Source: a plasmid
Reading direction: 5' to 3' (one strand)
Length of the DNA stretch: 64,000 nucleotides
Sequence record: OW849071.1
Shown here: positions 19,150 to 28,784 of the stretch, in pieces
Numbering within the stretch: the stretch's first letter is position 1
Layout: each line of letters starts with the position of its first letter
Program-made: the position numbers and the translations under genes
Notes under the pieces: model-generated
Databases searched by the model: none
What the model was told of the DNA's origin: nothing
The model's input: only the letters and a program-made list of their open reading frames with translations

Positions 19150-20516
19150 TACTGATTCCCCCCAAAATGATAGTTATTCTGGTAGCGGGTCATCATGCGG
19201 GCAGAGACCTGCTGGCGCATGTAACTCATTTGTCTGTCCACCACGAGCAAGGCGTCCTGCTGAACCTGAACGCGGGACTGGAAAGCGGCAATCTGGACAC
19301 TCGCCTGGTTGAGGTTTTCCATGATCATATCCATTGTCGACTGGGGATAATTACCGGTTGAGATCATCGCCCGGGCCTGCTGGATAAGTTCCTGAATGTA
19401 CTGCAGCAGGATGTCGTAGCCGATATAGTCCGTCAGCTGGTAAATAAGTGAGTTAGACACACCGAGCATCTGCGGGTCGACCAGGTATTTGAACACCGGA
19501 ATGGTGGTGCTGGAGATAAACCCTTTCTCCTGATCCGTCAGTTTTTCATCAGCCACCGCTTTATTCTGGATACTGCTTAACAAAGCGGAAATCTGGCTTT
19601 TCAGCGCCTTACTGGAGGTGATGGTCACGGTGGCATCAGCAACGACCTTAAGACACTTATCCGAATCATTGCAGTGATAGATTTTAGCCGTGCCGCCCTC
19701 CATCATGGCTTTAATCAGATCCTGGTCAGTGGTGCGTGCCGGCAACGGGGTGATCTCACTGTTCTCACCAAAAATCAGCGTCCCGGTCAGGGTCATCACA
19801 AACTCTTTCAGCTCCTTATTGCCGTCAAAGAGCCGGTTTTTGGACAGGGCATCCCACATAATGTTGATGTTCTTCATTACACGCTCCTTGTCCTTATCGC
19901 TGGCTTTATCCTGCACTTTGTCCATCTGCCCCCCCACCGAACAGCCCTGACGGGAAGCCGCCCAGTCCGCAAAAATGTTGCTCTCACCGGCGATGTCCTG
20001 GCAGACCTTTTGCTGCGCCACCTGGTTGCGGGGGAACAGACCGCCCACAATGCCCTGAGCGGCCTGGCAGGAGCTGAGGTTCATGCTGTTGATGTCGCTG
20101 GCCATCTTCTGCAGGAAGTCTTTGGCAGTTTTGATCTCCGGAACCGTGGTCTGCAGGGCAAGGTCAAAGAAGTAGCCCGCGGCGTTGGACATAATTTGTT
20201 TGCCGAAGCGCTGCAGCTGCTCGCTGTTGATAAATGAGAACGACCCCAGGTACGCATCGATGCCGCCGCAGCCGGCGTTAATATCCGGCAGGGTCATGCT
20301 GACCAGCTGGATCGTTTTCACCTGCGTTCTGGCATACAGCGAACCGCCGGAGGCGTAACCCGCAGCCTGTCCCTGCCAGACCTGCGGCTGGCTGGTATTG
20401 GACGCAAAGCCCAGCTTATTGAAGAAGTTGTTCATATCGCCATTCACGTCGGCGGCGGCGCTAAATGACAGGCCAAGCACGGCACCGCAGAAGAGTGACA
20501 GAAGTTTAATTCGCAT
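19149..20516 (-). CDS. traH: Pilus assembly protein TraH
   Basis: Signal peptide then a sequence collinear with F TraH; likely start at Met 20516. Confidence 0.9.
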   Translation of the reverse strand: MRIKLLSLFCGAVLGLSFSAAADVNGDMNNFFNKLGFASNTSQPQVWQGQAAGYASGGSLYARTQVKTIQLVSMTLPDINAGCGGIDAYLGSFSFINSEQLQRFGKQIMSNAAGYFFDLALQTTVPEIKTAKDFLQKMASDINSMNLSSCQAAQGIVGGLFPRNQVAQQKVCQDIAGESNIFADWAASRQGCSVGGQMDKVQDKASDKDKERVMKNINIMWDALSKNRLFDGNKELKEFVMTLTGTLIFGENSEITPLPARTTDQDLIKAMMEGGTAKIYHCNDSDKCLKVVADATVTITSSKALKSQISALLSSIQNKAVADEKLTDQEKGFISSTTIPVFKYLVDPQMLGVSNSLIYQLTDYIGYDILLQYIQELIQQARAMISTGNYPQSTMDMIMENLNQASVQIAAFQSRVQVQQDALLVVDRQMSYMRQQVSARMMTRYQNNYHFGGNQ

Positions 20517-20949
20517 CCAGTCCTCCATTACGCACAGCATTCTTTTTAACTCTGTCATTTCTCAGAATAAAAAGGGTCTTAAGGTGATAACTGAAAAAAT
20601 TGCGGATTGCTAATGTCACTCCGGCAACAAAGAACCCCACCCCAACAGCGATCAGCGCATAAGGGATGGCGTACATCATAATATTCCACAGGTCTTTTAC
20701 TCGCAGGTCACCGCTGGCTATCCAGTCATCCACGCAGAGATTAAATAAAAATCTCATTATCCATAACAGCAGAGCACCTGCAGTGAGAAACACAATGAAT
20801 AATTCCAGATAGATTTCCAGACGCCTTTCCCGGTGGATAAATTCCGGCTTCAGTTGTTCTATTTTTTCTGCTGCTGTCTGCCCGGAGTCCTTTAAACTGG
20901 CTGGAAATAAAAACGCATACAGTCCCGTCGAACGTATATATTTGTTCAT
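20506..20949 (-). CDS. TrbF-like inner-membrane protein (trbJ/trbF position)
   Basis: 147-aa protein with 2-3 TM segments between trbB and traH; assignment by position only. Confidence 0.4.
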   Translation of the reverse strand: MNKYIRSTGLYAFLFPASLKDSGQTAAEKIEQLKPEFIHRERRLEIYLELFIVFLTAGALLLWIMRFLFNLCVDDWIASGDLRVKDLWNIMMYAIPYALIAVGVGFFVAGVTLAIRNFFSYHLKTLFILRNDRVKKNAVRNGGLDAN

Positions 20950-20994
20950 GGCTATTTTCCTTAATCACTTGCTAAGACCGGATATAACAGAGAC

Positions 20995-21537
20995 TCAGTG
21001 CATCATCTGAAATACCGTATCCACTCTGGCCATAAAGCCCTGTGCATCCGTGGCGCCCTGCAGGATTGGGTACGCTGCCAGCGTGTTTACGTTCACCAGA
21101 AACGTAGTCGGCGTGGCCACCGGGATATTGGGGAAAAAGGTCTGCATCACGTCAGGAGGCGCCGGCAGCGCTTCCGGAAACGCGTCATCACCCTGTCCGT
21201 CAATGGTGTAAGAGAACACGGAGAAGCCATACTGTCCGGCCAGCTGCTTCAGCACCGGGTCAAACTTATGACAGTAGGGACAGTGTCCCTGCATGAACAG
21301 CACCACTTTCCAGTCGCGCAGGTCCACCTGCTTTCCGTTGCTGAGTCGTAACCAGCGTGGCTGAGATGCCCCGCTCACCGCCTGGGGAGTGTCGCTCTGC
21401 GGGGAGGCCGTTTCAGTACCGGAGATTCCCCGCGGATCCCAGAGCGACTTCACCTCATCGAGCGTTCCCGCATGTGCCATCCCGGCCAGAGCAAGGGAAA
21501 GAGCCAGTGCCGCCAGCGGCGTCTTAGCGAGGTTCAT
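20995..21537 (-). CDS. trbB: Thioredoxin-fold disulfide isomerase TrbB
   Basis: Signal peptide and CPYC active site (FMQGHCPYCHKFDPV); position after traQ. Confidence 0.85.
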   Translation of the reverse strand: MNLAKTPLAALALSLALAGMAHAGTLDEVKSLWDPRGISGTETASPQSDTPQAVSGASQPRWLRLSNGKQVDLRDWKVVLFMQGHCPYCHKFDPVLKQLAGQYGFSVFSYTIDGQGDDAFPEALPAPPDVMQTFFPNIPVATPTTFLVNVNTLAAYPILQGATDAQGFMARVDTVFQMMH

Positions 21538-21763
21538 CAGGCTGTTTTTCACAGGCTTTCTCCTCTTTTTCGGCTTCAGCAATCAGGGCGTTTAGAATGC
21601 GGTATCCCCCGAACACCACCATACCCAGCCCGAAGATTTCCCCGGCCTGGACGGCCAGCTCAGGCTGTTTTCTGACAAGCCGGGCTATCAGGTGGAAAAA
21701 CACGCCCACGGCCAGCACCCACATCCCGGTGATATCTAAATCCGGAAAACGAATATTTCGCAT
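21524..21763 (-). CDS. traQ: Pilin chaperone TraQ
   Basis: FPDLDITGMWVLAVGVFFHLIARLV matches the F TraQ core (LPRLDVPGMWVFSLGVWFHIVARLV). Confidence 0.8.
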   Translation of the reverse strand: MRNIRFPDLDITGMWVLAVGVFFHLIARLVRKQPELAVQAGEIFGLGMVVFGGYRILNALIAEAEKEEKACEKQPDEPR

Positions 21764-21773
21764 GACACACTCC

Positions 21774-22526
21774 TTAGAAATTCGGTTTAAAGTCGCTGGA
21801 GACATAGAGGAACTGTTTCGCCAGGTCGTCCTGACTGATAAAGCCGTAACTGAGAGGCTTCACCTGGCCACTTTTCGGGTTAACCAGCATCATCGCGGGG
21901 AAGAACTTCACGCCAAGCTGCTCTGCCTGGCCCTGGTCCGTCCGGCTGTCGGGCAGCATGGGGTTAATCACTCCGTCAACCGACACCGGTATCACGCTCA
22001 GGCCATAGGTTTCGCGAAAATTTTTAATCACCTGGACCAGCTGGCCATCGATCGCTTCCCGGCCCCGGTAGAAGAACATCACGCCGTAGTGCTGTGCGAG
22101 GGTGGAGATAGCCTGTCGCTGTTCGGCATAGTCGGCAGCGAGCTGGTTTTTTACCGTGCCGTTGTAGTGGCTGTACTGCAGGTTGTAATCGAGTTCGGGG
22201 TTTTCCAGCATGGCTTTCTTCGCACTCATCGAGAACAAACCTGCCTGCTGCGTCCAGTAGTTCTGCAGCCGGAAATACTTCACGAAGTTTTCAGACGATG
22301 GATACAGAATGGCTTCGTACAACGACCGTTTGGTGGCCGCCTGGAGTGTGGCGAGTTTCTCCAGAATATCCATTTGCGGCGGTGGTGCCGCTGGTACGGC
22401 TTTCCTGTCCTCATCACGGGGCTTCAGTTTCTCGTTGTACCACTGCCAGCCCGCGTCTTTGGCGAAAGCCGGCATCAGGGCGCAGCAAAGGCACCCCGCC
22501 AGCATGGCGGCATGTATTGTTCGCAT
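21774..22526 (-). CDS. traF: Pilus assembly thioredoxin-like protein TraF
   Basis: KDAGWQWYNEK...YNLQYSHYNGTV...C-terminus DDLAKQFL.VS.DFKPNF nearly identical to F TraF. Confidence 0.93.
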   Translation of the reverse strand: MRTIHAAMLAGCLCCALMPAFAKDAGWQWYNEKLKPRDEDRKAVPAAPPPQMDILEKLATLQAATKRSLYEAILYPSSENFVKYFRLQNYWTQQAGLFSMSAKKAMLENPELDYNLQYSHYNGTVKNQLAADYAEQRQAISTLAQHYGVMFFYRGREAIDGQLVQVIKNFRETYGLSVIPVSVDGVINPMLPDSRTDQGQAEQLGVKFFPAMMLVNPKSGQVKPLSYGFISQDDLAKQFLYVSSDFKPNF

Positions 22527-22546
22527 GGCAAATACCCTTTTATGAA

Positions 22547-22873
22547 TTAATGCGACTGGCGTGACAGATGCTGATAGACACTGTATTTATCGAGCTGGCG
22601 CTGTACCTTTCCTGCATCATCACGGGCTTCAAAGCGATAACCGCTGCAGTACAGAGGCAGATAATTTATCTGAAGGTCCACCCGCTCCCCGTCCCTGATC
22701 ACCCACGCGGCCTGAGAAACAGTGTCGCACTGGATCCCCCAGGCCCGGTTGGTTGTCATAAATGCGTTAACCTGCCTGTCCCGCCACAGGCTGTACGACA
22801 TAATGCTGACCAGGAGAAAGACAAACACCCCGACAAACACCATGACCAGCCCGTATGCTTTTTTCTCTTCCAT
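22547..22873 (-). CDS. TrbE-like small membrane protein
   Basis: 108 aa with an N-terminal TM helix, at the trbE position downstream of traN. Confidence 0.45.
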   Translation of the reverse strand: MEEKKAYGLVMVFVGVFVFLLVSIMSYSLWRDRQVNAFMTTNRAWGIQCDTVSQAAWVIRDGERVDLQINYLPLYCSGYRFEARDDAGKVQRQLDKYSVYQHLSRQSH

Positions 22874-22885
22874 TGACTCTCCTGG

Positions 22886-23152
22886 TCACATAATAAGGAA
22901 TAGCGGCATGCTCAGTACTGAAGATATAAAAGCCTGCCGGTCCGCTGGCAGTTTCTGGAAAGCAGGTGAGTACTGAGCGGCCATCTGAACCAGTTCGGAC
23001 GAGTTAATCAGGAACCTGTCTGTATGCAGAGAGATATCCGCAAGAACAGCCAGCACCATAACATGATGCTCCTGGGGTAAATTCTCTTCATTCAGAATGT
23101 CTATAAATTTCTCAATCGTGATATATCGATTCATCTTTGCTTTTCCTTGCAT
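22886..23152 (-). CDS. hypothetical small protein (traN-trbE interval)
   Basis: 88-aa ORF, AT-rich; no F counterpart. Confidence 0.3.
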   Translation of the reverse strand: MQGKAKMNRYITIEKFIDILNEENLPQEHHVMVLAVLADISLHTDRFLINSSELVQMAAQYSPAFQKLPADRQAFISSVLSMPLFLIM

Positions 23153-23366
23153 TTATAACTTTCTCCAGGACTGAGAAAAACAAATAACACACAGACATGG
23201 CAAACCCAGCCATAAGAATAAAGACCACACTTTCGACATAATCACTTCCCGACGTCCCTTTGACGGCATCCCAGGAGAAATAAATCACCGGAGAAATAAT
23301 GATTATTGTTAGCGTTAATCTCAGGACAAAATCAATAACAGGCTTTTTGTGAAAACTCATTTTCAT
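23112..23366 (-). CDS. hypothetical small membrane protein (traN-trbE interval)
   Basis: 84-aa ORF with two hydrophobic helices. Confidence 0.3.
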   Translation of the reverse strand: MKMSFHKKPVIDFVLRLTLTIIIISPVIYFSWDAVKGTSGSDYVESVVFILMAGFAMSVCYLFFSVLEKVINARKSKDESIYHD

Positions 23367-23397
23367 GATTATCGGTCTCTTTATTAGGCAGCATGGT

Positions 23398-25353
23398 TTA
23401 TTGCGCGGATTGCTGACTCATGATTTCCTTAATTCGTTCTCTGGTCTTATTGGTGAGCACATCGTTTTCCGGTATTTTTTGATTTTTCATCAGGTCGTCC
23501 ATAAAGTTGGTGAAATCCAGCTTGTTAAAATCAATCCCCTGGAGTTCCGCGACGGTAATGCCCCGACAGTCAGGACTGCTGGCGCCGCCAAAACCGATAT
23601 GCAGCTGACCGTTTCTTCCCTGCTGCTGAACGATCTGCGCCAGTTTTGAGTCGAACTGGCAATAGCTCCTTTTTTTCTCCAGGCAAATCCCCAGAACCTT
23701 TTTAGAGCAGAATTCCCCTATACTGACCGTCAGCTTGTCTTTTTTCGCTTTGGCCAGCGCCTTTTCCTCGCTGCTGCAGCGTGCCAGCCCCACATCCTGG
23801 CCCCAGCCGCTGTCTTTGCAGCAGTTACTGAAGCCGGCAGCAAACTTCTTACAGAACTTCGCTTTTCCGGTGAATGCCCGGACATCCACCCCGTTCAGTG
23901 CCGCGACGTCCTTCCCCGCGGCAGCCAGTGCCGCCAGCTCAGACACCGCCTGCCCAAAGTCGTTGCTCTTCCCGGACGTGGCTTTGTCACATTCACCATC
24001 AAGGCAGAAGACATCACCGCCGCAGATCATTTGCTTGCCACTCGTCCTGGTTTCGCAGGAATACGTTGCATATTCATGCAGGCACGTGCCTTCCTCGCTG
24101 GAGAAGGCGCACTGGCGGGATGACAGAGTACAGGCCGTATTTTTCATCAGGCTTTCACAGGAGCCGTTGTCCGCCGGCTGCGTGAGCCAGGTATCCTTAT
24201 ATTTCCAGCAGGCCTCCGTGAACGAGTAATCCCTGCCTCCGAGGGTGATGGTTCGCGTTCCTCCCGGACTGATACATTCCTCGCCCGTTTTTTTTCCTTC
24301 ATCCTTACTGAACGGACAGCTTTCAACCCAGACGACTTCAGGTGCATAGACGGTTTCGGTTTCTTCCATCACCAGGGTGACCGTGACCTGTACGGGTTTC
24401 TGGCTGGCCGATGATACGGTCCGTGATGTTTTGCTTACTGAAAAGTTCTGCCCAGCAGTGACCGCTTTGTCCACACCAAACGACTGATGAATCTTCCCCT
24501 TCCCGTCATAGGTATATTTCGTACAATGCGTGTTCTGACCGCCTGAACACATCGATTCTGAACGTGGCCAGTTGATCACATCAATGGGGAACGTTCGTTC
24601 AAAGAGGGTCAGGCTTTCACTCACTGCACTCTTGCAGCTATCCCGCACCTTCCCTTCGGAATCGCATTCTTCAATCCAGGGGATCACCAGAGGCTCACCA
24701 TCCACCGAGGCATTCAGCAGACGACCGTTGGTCGGGATCGTCAGGTTGCCACTCCATTGCCGGGTACTCCGGGCATAATTCAGCGTCACCACCTGCTGAT
24801 AGGTTCGGTTAACTTTCTGTGTGGTGGCGTTATCCTTCAGGGTCGCTTCCCGTGTGCAAAAATTTTCCACCTGCAGATCACGTTCGCAGGTATGGTTTGT
24901 GAACTCACTGCGGTTCACAACCTGGGCGGTACAGGACTGTCCGGTATCGCCGACAATGCTGTCGGCACGGGATTCTGTATCCTTTGCGGCCTGAATAAAC
25001 GGCGCATCCTGAGATATCTGATCCGGTGGCCGGTTCGTGAACGACTCCGTAATCGCTTTGCCGGTATCTCCCTGGCTGAACTCCAGGGCTGAATCGCTTT
25101 TCAGAGAGCTGTCTCCGCTGGCAGTGACGCCGCCATAGTATTTTGTCTGATCAGGGCTGTCGGTATACCCCGGCAGGTTTTGCTCACCACTGAAATTTTT
25201 CAGTGAGTTCAGACCATTGCCCTGCACCTGTTTCGCAAAATCCGAACCAGCTTTATAGTCGCTTCCTCTGTCAGCACAGGCTGGGGATGCCAGCCAGATA
25301 AAGGCGCTCAGGACAAAAAAATGCGCAGTCAGCACGGAAATAACCGTCTTCAT
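23398..25353 (-). CDS. traN: Outer-membrane mating pair stabilisation protein TraN
   Basis: 651-aa Cys-rich protein with signal peptide, collinear with F TraN. Confidence 0.93.
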   Translation of the reverse strand: MKTVISVLTAHFFVLSAFIWLASPACADRGSDYKAGSDFAKQVQGNGLNSLKNFSGEQNLPGYTDSPDQTKYYGGVTASGDSSLKSDSALEFSQGDTGKAITESFTNRPPDQISQDAPFIQAAKDTESRADSIVGDTGQSCTAQVVNRSEFTNHTCERDLQVENFCTREATLKDNATTQKVNRTYQQVVTLNYARSTRQWSGNLTIPTNGRLLNASVDGEPLVIPWIEECDSEGKVRDSCKSAVSESLTLFERTFPIDVINWPRSESMCSGGQNTHCTKYTYDGKGKIHQSFGVDKAVTAGQNFSVSKTSRTVSSASQKPVQVTVTLVMEETETVYAPEVVWVESCPFSKDEGKKTGEECISPGGTRTITLGGRDYSFTEACWKYKDTWLTQPADNGSCESLMKNTACTLSSRQCAFSSEEGTCLHEYATYSCETRTSGKQMICGGDVFCLDGECDKATSGKSNDFGQAVSELAALAAAGKDVAALNGVDVRAFTGKAKFCKKFAAGFSNCCKDSGWGQDVGLARCSSEEKALAKAKKDKLTVSIGEFCSKKVLGICLEKKRSYCQFDSKLAQIVQQQGRNGQLHIGFGGASSPDCRGITVAELQGIDFNKLDFTNFMDDLMKNQKIPENDVLTNKTRERIKEIMSQQSAQ

Positions 25354-25411
25354 TTCTGCCCTCCCTCATCCCTCACCATTTCCGGTAACGCTATGAAGTA
25401 CGGTCTGTCTT

Positions 25412-26059
25412 TCATGGCTGGCTCCCGGCGGCATTCGAGGGCGCATCAAGCATCTGCCGGGCCACCTGTGCGCAGTCACCGGTTTGTGCCACTTTCTCCA
25501 GCGCCTGTTTGACGTGAATGTTACCGCGTACCACGTCATATCCGGCCTGACACCGTACCACCAGAGACGGCACACTCCGGATGCTGTACTGCGTGTACAG
25601 TGTCGGGTCGATCTGCACGCCGTCGGTCACGCCATCCTTCACCAGCTGCAGCACCGCGTCAGTGGTGGTCTTCATGTCGTTATTGACGAGCCCACGCAGT
25701 GTCGCCGGAATGCCGTACTGCCGGGTTTCGTGCAGCATCCGCTTCAGCCCCTCTTCAGGTATCGAGAAGGAGACAAAGTACAGCGCCCCTTCTGCCGGCT
25801 TTTCCTGATTCGCCGCTTTCTGCTGGCTGACCAGATTATCGATAAACTGGCGGTCTGATTTGGGCAGAGGATTGCGGCTGATTTGCGCCTCAAGCTCCTG
25901 CTGCAGCTGTTTATCCGGATGCTGGCGCAGCTGTTCGCTGAGGTTCTCCTGCTGTTTCAGCCACTGCTGGTCCCCGGGAGTATTAATATTGTCAGCGGCT
26001 GACGCCGTAGTGCAGAGCAGACTCAGCCCCCAGGCCAGCCCGGTGATTCCTTTATTCAT
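25412..26059 (-). CDS. trbC: Pilus assembly protein TrbC
   Basis: 215 aa with signal peptide; TrbC-like sequence and position. Confidence 0.88.
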   Translation of the reverse strand: MNKGITGLAWGLSLLCTTASAADNINTPGDQQWLKQQENLSEQLRQHPDKQLQQELEAQISRNPLPKSDRQFIDNLVSQQKAANQEKPAEGALYFVSFSIPEEGLKRMLHETRQYGIPATLRGLVNNDMKTTTDAVLQLVKDGVTDGVQIDPTLYTQYSIRSVPSLVVRCQAGYDVVRGNIHVKQALEKVAQTGDCAQVARQMLDAPSNAAGSQP

Positions 26060-26137
26060 AATTACCTCAATTAGAGAGAGTTATGTGCCTGGCTATTGCT
26101 ACAGGTCATGACAAATGCATAGCCCTGCATCACATAT

Positions 26138-26314
26138 TCAGTTATTCGACTGCATTTTTTCTCTGAGGGTTGCGCCAATGTATTGCCAGTCTCTGTATTG
26201 CTCTGCCGTTAGTACCTTTTTATCCGTGCTGAAAGTGACCCGGGATGTAGTGGGAGATACATCCTGATGCAGGAGGGGTTGCTGGCAACATTGATTCTGT
26301 TCTTTTTCCATCAT
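26138..26314 (-). CDS. hypothetical small ORF between traU and trbC
   Basis: 58-aa ORF MMEKEQNQCCQQ... with AAGGA RBS; fills a 275-bp gap absent in F. Confidence 0.25.
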   Translation of the reverse strand: MMEKEQNQCCQQPLLHQDVSPTTSRVTFSTDKKVLTAEQYRDWQYIGATLREKMQSNN

Positions 26315-26334
26315 TTATCCTTTTCCTGTCTGAC

Positions 26335-27324
26335 TTACAAAAATACGCAGTTACGTTTACGCCACATCAGGTAGCCATAGTTCTTGCGGGTGTTGGGCGG
26401 ATTTTTGCCGGCCTCCCAGCGCATCACGCTGCGTCCAAGCGGATGGCACTGACCACTGTCCGGATACATGTTCACCATCTGATAGCGCCAGCGTTCTTTC
26501 GGGATGATCGGGGAGGGATATTCGTAACAGACTGCCTTGTCCTTCCCGATACTCTCCATAATTTGTCCCTGCCGGTGGAGCTTGAAGGCCATACGCTCAC
26601 TGACCAGTACCGACGACTGCAGCGGGCTGGACTCATTACTGACCTGGCCGTTAAACGGGTAAAGTGAGCCATGGCTTCCACCACACCAGAAGAGGACATC
26701 CAGAGGCATATGGAATGCACTGGCCAGCGCATCCGCTGCGCAGGCGCCCTGCGCGATGGGGTTGGCAAACAGGATCGCTTCCGGATTCAGAATGGTGGTG
26801 AGGCTGCTGTCCACCCAGGTCGGGTCAATCTCGGACAGATAGGCTATATCCATGTCTCCGCCTTCCAGACAGCCTGCCGAAGTGATGATGTTCAGCCAGT
26901 ACGTCAGCGGGTACTTGTACCAATGAACGTGATAGAAGGCGCCGTTCACCTGCTTGTCGTCCTTTCTCGCGGTCCCCATGCCGGTCTTGCCGAGATTGAT
27001 ACTGAAGCCCCCCAGATTGACCATACAGCCAGGCGAACGGCTAACGTCCGTCATGGCCATCGGCTCCCAGTACCCGATGGCCAGTCCGGGACGAACAAAA
27101 AGCGGTGGCGGAGCCGGACACAGCTGCAGGGGACTGCCGGGATTGCTGGTATCAGGCAGGTCGCCTTTACCAACCTGCACGCTGCCGAGCGACAGAGGGA
27201 AGATGCAGCGCCAGCACACATCGGTGATCGGGTTAACAAACCGGCCCTCACAGGAGGGGTCTGCGGCGGCGCGGCCACTGAACGTTGAGAACGCGATGCA
27301 GATTAAAAAAAACATGGCTTTCAT
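26335..27324 (-). CDS. traU: Pilus assembly/DNA transfer protein TraU
   Basis: 329 aa, signal peptide, highly TraU-like. Confidence 0.95.
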   Translation of the reverse strand: MKAMFFLICIAFSTFSGRAAADPSCEGRFVNPITDVCWRCIFPLSLGSVQVGKGDLPDTSNPGSPLQLCPAPPPLFVRPGLAIGYWEPMAMTDVSRSPGCMVNLGGFSINLGKTGMGTARKDDKQVNGAFYHVHWYKYPLTYWLNIITSAGCLEGGDMDIAYLSEIDPTWVDSSLTTILNPEAILFANPIAQGACAADALASAFHMPLDVLFWCGGSHGSLYPFNGQVSNESSPLQSSVLVSERMAFKLHRQGQIMESIGKDKAVCYEYPSPIIPKERWRYQMVNMYPDSGQCHPLGRSVMRWEAGKNPPNTRKNYGYLMWRKRNCVFL

Positions 27325-27722
27325 TCGTCAGTTTTCTCCCTGAGAACAAGACGGAGGGCATCGATTTTATTGCGGACCTTTTCCCGTGTAGAGTCTTCGG
27401 CGCCCTCCATCCCGGCCCACACCATCAGGGACAGGCAGTCGAAGAGGTAAAGCTGGCGACGGTATGAATCCCTGTTCGTCTGGCGAACGGCGGACAGTGC
27501 ATCGAGTTCACAAGTCATTTCATCGATAACCTTTTCACTGTTGTATCTCAGCCAGCGGTACAGCTTCTCGTTATCGGTCCTGAGACGCTCAACCTCTCTC
27601 TCCAGCCAGCTTTCTCTTGTACTGAGTTCCCGTATGACATTCTCCTGCTTACGGATGGTGGACCACATTAGCGTCAGCAAGAGCATCGTGAGCAGGATTA
27701 TTAAGGCCAGTATCATCGGCAT
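27321..27722 (-). CDS. hypothetical TM + coiled-coil protein between traW and traU
   Basis: 133 aa, N-terminal TM helix followed by a charged heptad-like region; overlaps traU start by 4 nt; absent from F. Confidence 0.45.
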   Translation of the reverse strand: MPMILALIILLTMLLLTLMWSTIRKQENVIRELSTRESWLEREVERLRTDNEKLYRWLRYNSEKVIDEMTCELDALSAVRQTNRDSYRRQLYLFDCLSLMVWAGMEGAEDSTREKVRNKIDALRLVLREKTDE

Positions 27723-27756
27723 CGGTTACCTCTTTTGAATAAAACGCAGCCCCAGA

Positions 27757-28392
27757 TCAGGGGTGCGGGACGGGCGGGAAGGTCTCAATATTCAGCCGTT
27801 CACCGGAGGGCGCCGGCGTGATCCGCGCCGGGACCGCCGTCAGGCCAAATCGCTTGCTCAGTACACCGTTCTGGTCGAAATAGATCCGGCTGTCCAGCGC
27901 TGCGGAGGTGTCCGGGATACTGCCACGCACCAGGATAATTTTGCTCATCAGGGTTTCCGGCACCTGACGCTTCATCCAGGCCAGCTGGTCGGCATCGTCA
28001 CCATTGATGAAGTACAGGGTCTGGACAAACGGTACGGTTTTAAGCGGGTTTACCACTTCGCCCTTGCGGGCAAACACCCGCCCCTCATTGTCCTTCAGGT
28101 CTTCGGTCAGTCGGATGCTGGGATCAAACCAGCGCTGCTCGTATTTCTCCGCACGCTTAATGCCTTCCACCGGCGCCGGACGCTGACTGTTCTCGATAAC
28201 CCGCTGCTTAAACGCGTCCATCGTCTGGTCCCACTGGCCAGAGGATTGCAGCGACTGCAGACGCTGCGTGATGAGCTGCAGCATGTCCTGCTCACGGAGG
28301 GGCCATAAATCCCCCCAGGTACCGAGATCAGCCGCCTGAGTCAGCGGCGATAACAGGCAGGCGGCGAGCAGACAGTCTTTCAGTCGTATCAT
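27757..28392 (-). CDS. traW: Pilus assembly protein TraW
   Basis: 211 aa with signal peptide, TraW-like throughout. Confidence 0.92.
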   Translation of the reverse strand: MIRLKDCLLAACLLSPLTQAADLGTWGDLWPLREQDMLQLITQRLQSLQSSGQWDQTMDAFKQRVIENSQRPAPVEGIKRAEKYEQRWFDPSIRLTEDLKDNEGRVFARKGEVVNPLKTVPFVQTLYFINGDDADQLAWMKRQVPETLMSKIILVRGSIPDTSAALDSRIYFDQNGVLSKRFGLTAVPARITPAPSGERLNIETFPPVPHP

Positions 28393-28784
28393 TACTGTTC
28401 TCCTTTCATCCGGCGGGCAATGTCGTGCTGGATGTTGCGGGTCACATCAGGCGCGCCCTGAACCACGGCAGGTGAAACCAGAATGACCACATGATGCTGC
28501 TGCTGATACTCCGCCAGACTCTTCTCCAGCGCGTCGTTAAACCGATCAGAGAGCGCTTTGGACTGCGCCTCTGTCAGCTGCTTCTGACTCACACTGTCCA
28601 TAAAGCTGTCGAGCGTCTTCTTCATATCAAAAGCCACCACCCGCGGCGTGGAGTACTCCAGAACCACGCGTGAGAGAAACGCGCTGGTTGCCAGGGCGAA
28701 AAGCACGAGAGCAACGATGACAGGTATCCGGCGAAAGGTATGAGAGGTCGTACTGACCGGTTGTTCGGTGTTGTTTTTCATCAC
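28392..28784 (-). CDS. trbI: TrbI
   Basis: 130-aa bitopic protein; position and sequence as F TrbI; overlaps traW start. Confidence 0.85.
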   Translation of the reverse strand: MMKNNTEQPVSTTSHTFRRIPVIVALVLFALATSAFLSRVVLEYSTPRVVAFDMKKTLDSFMDSVSQKQLTEAQSKALSDRFNDALEKSLAEYQQQHHVVILVSPAVVQGAPDVTRNIQHDIARRMKGEQ

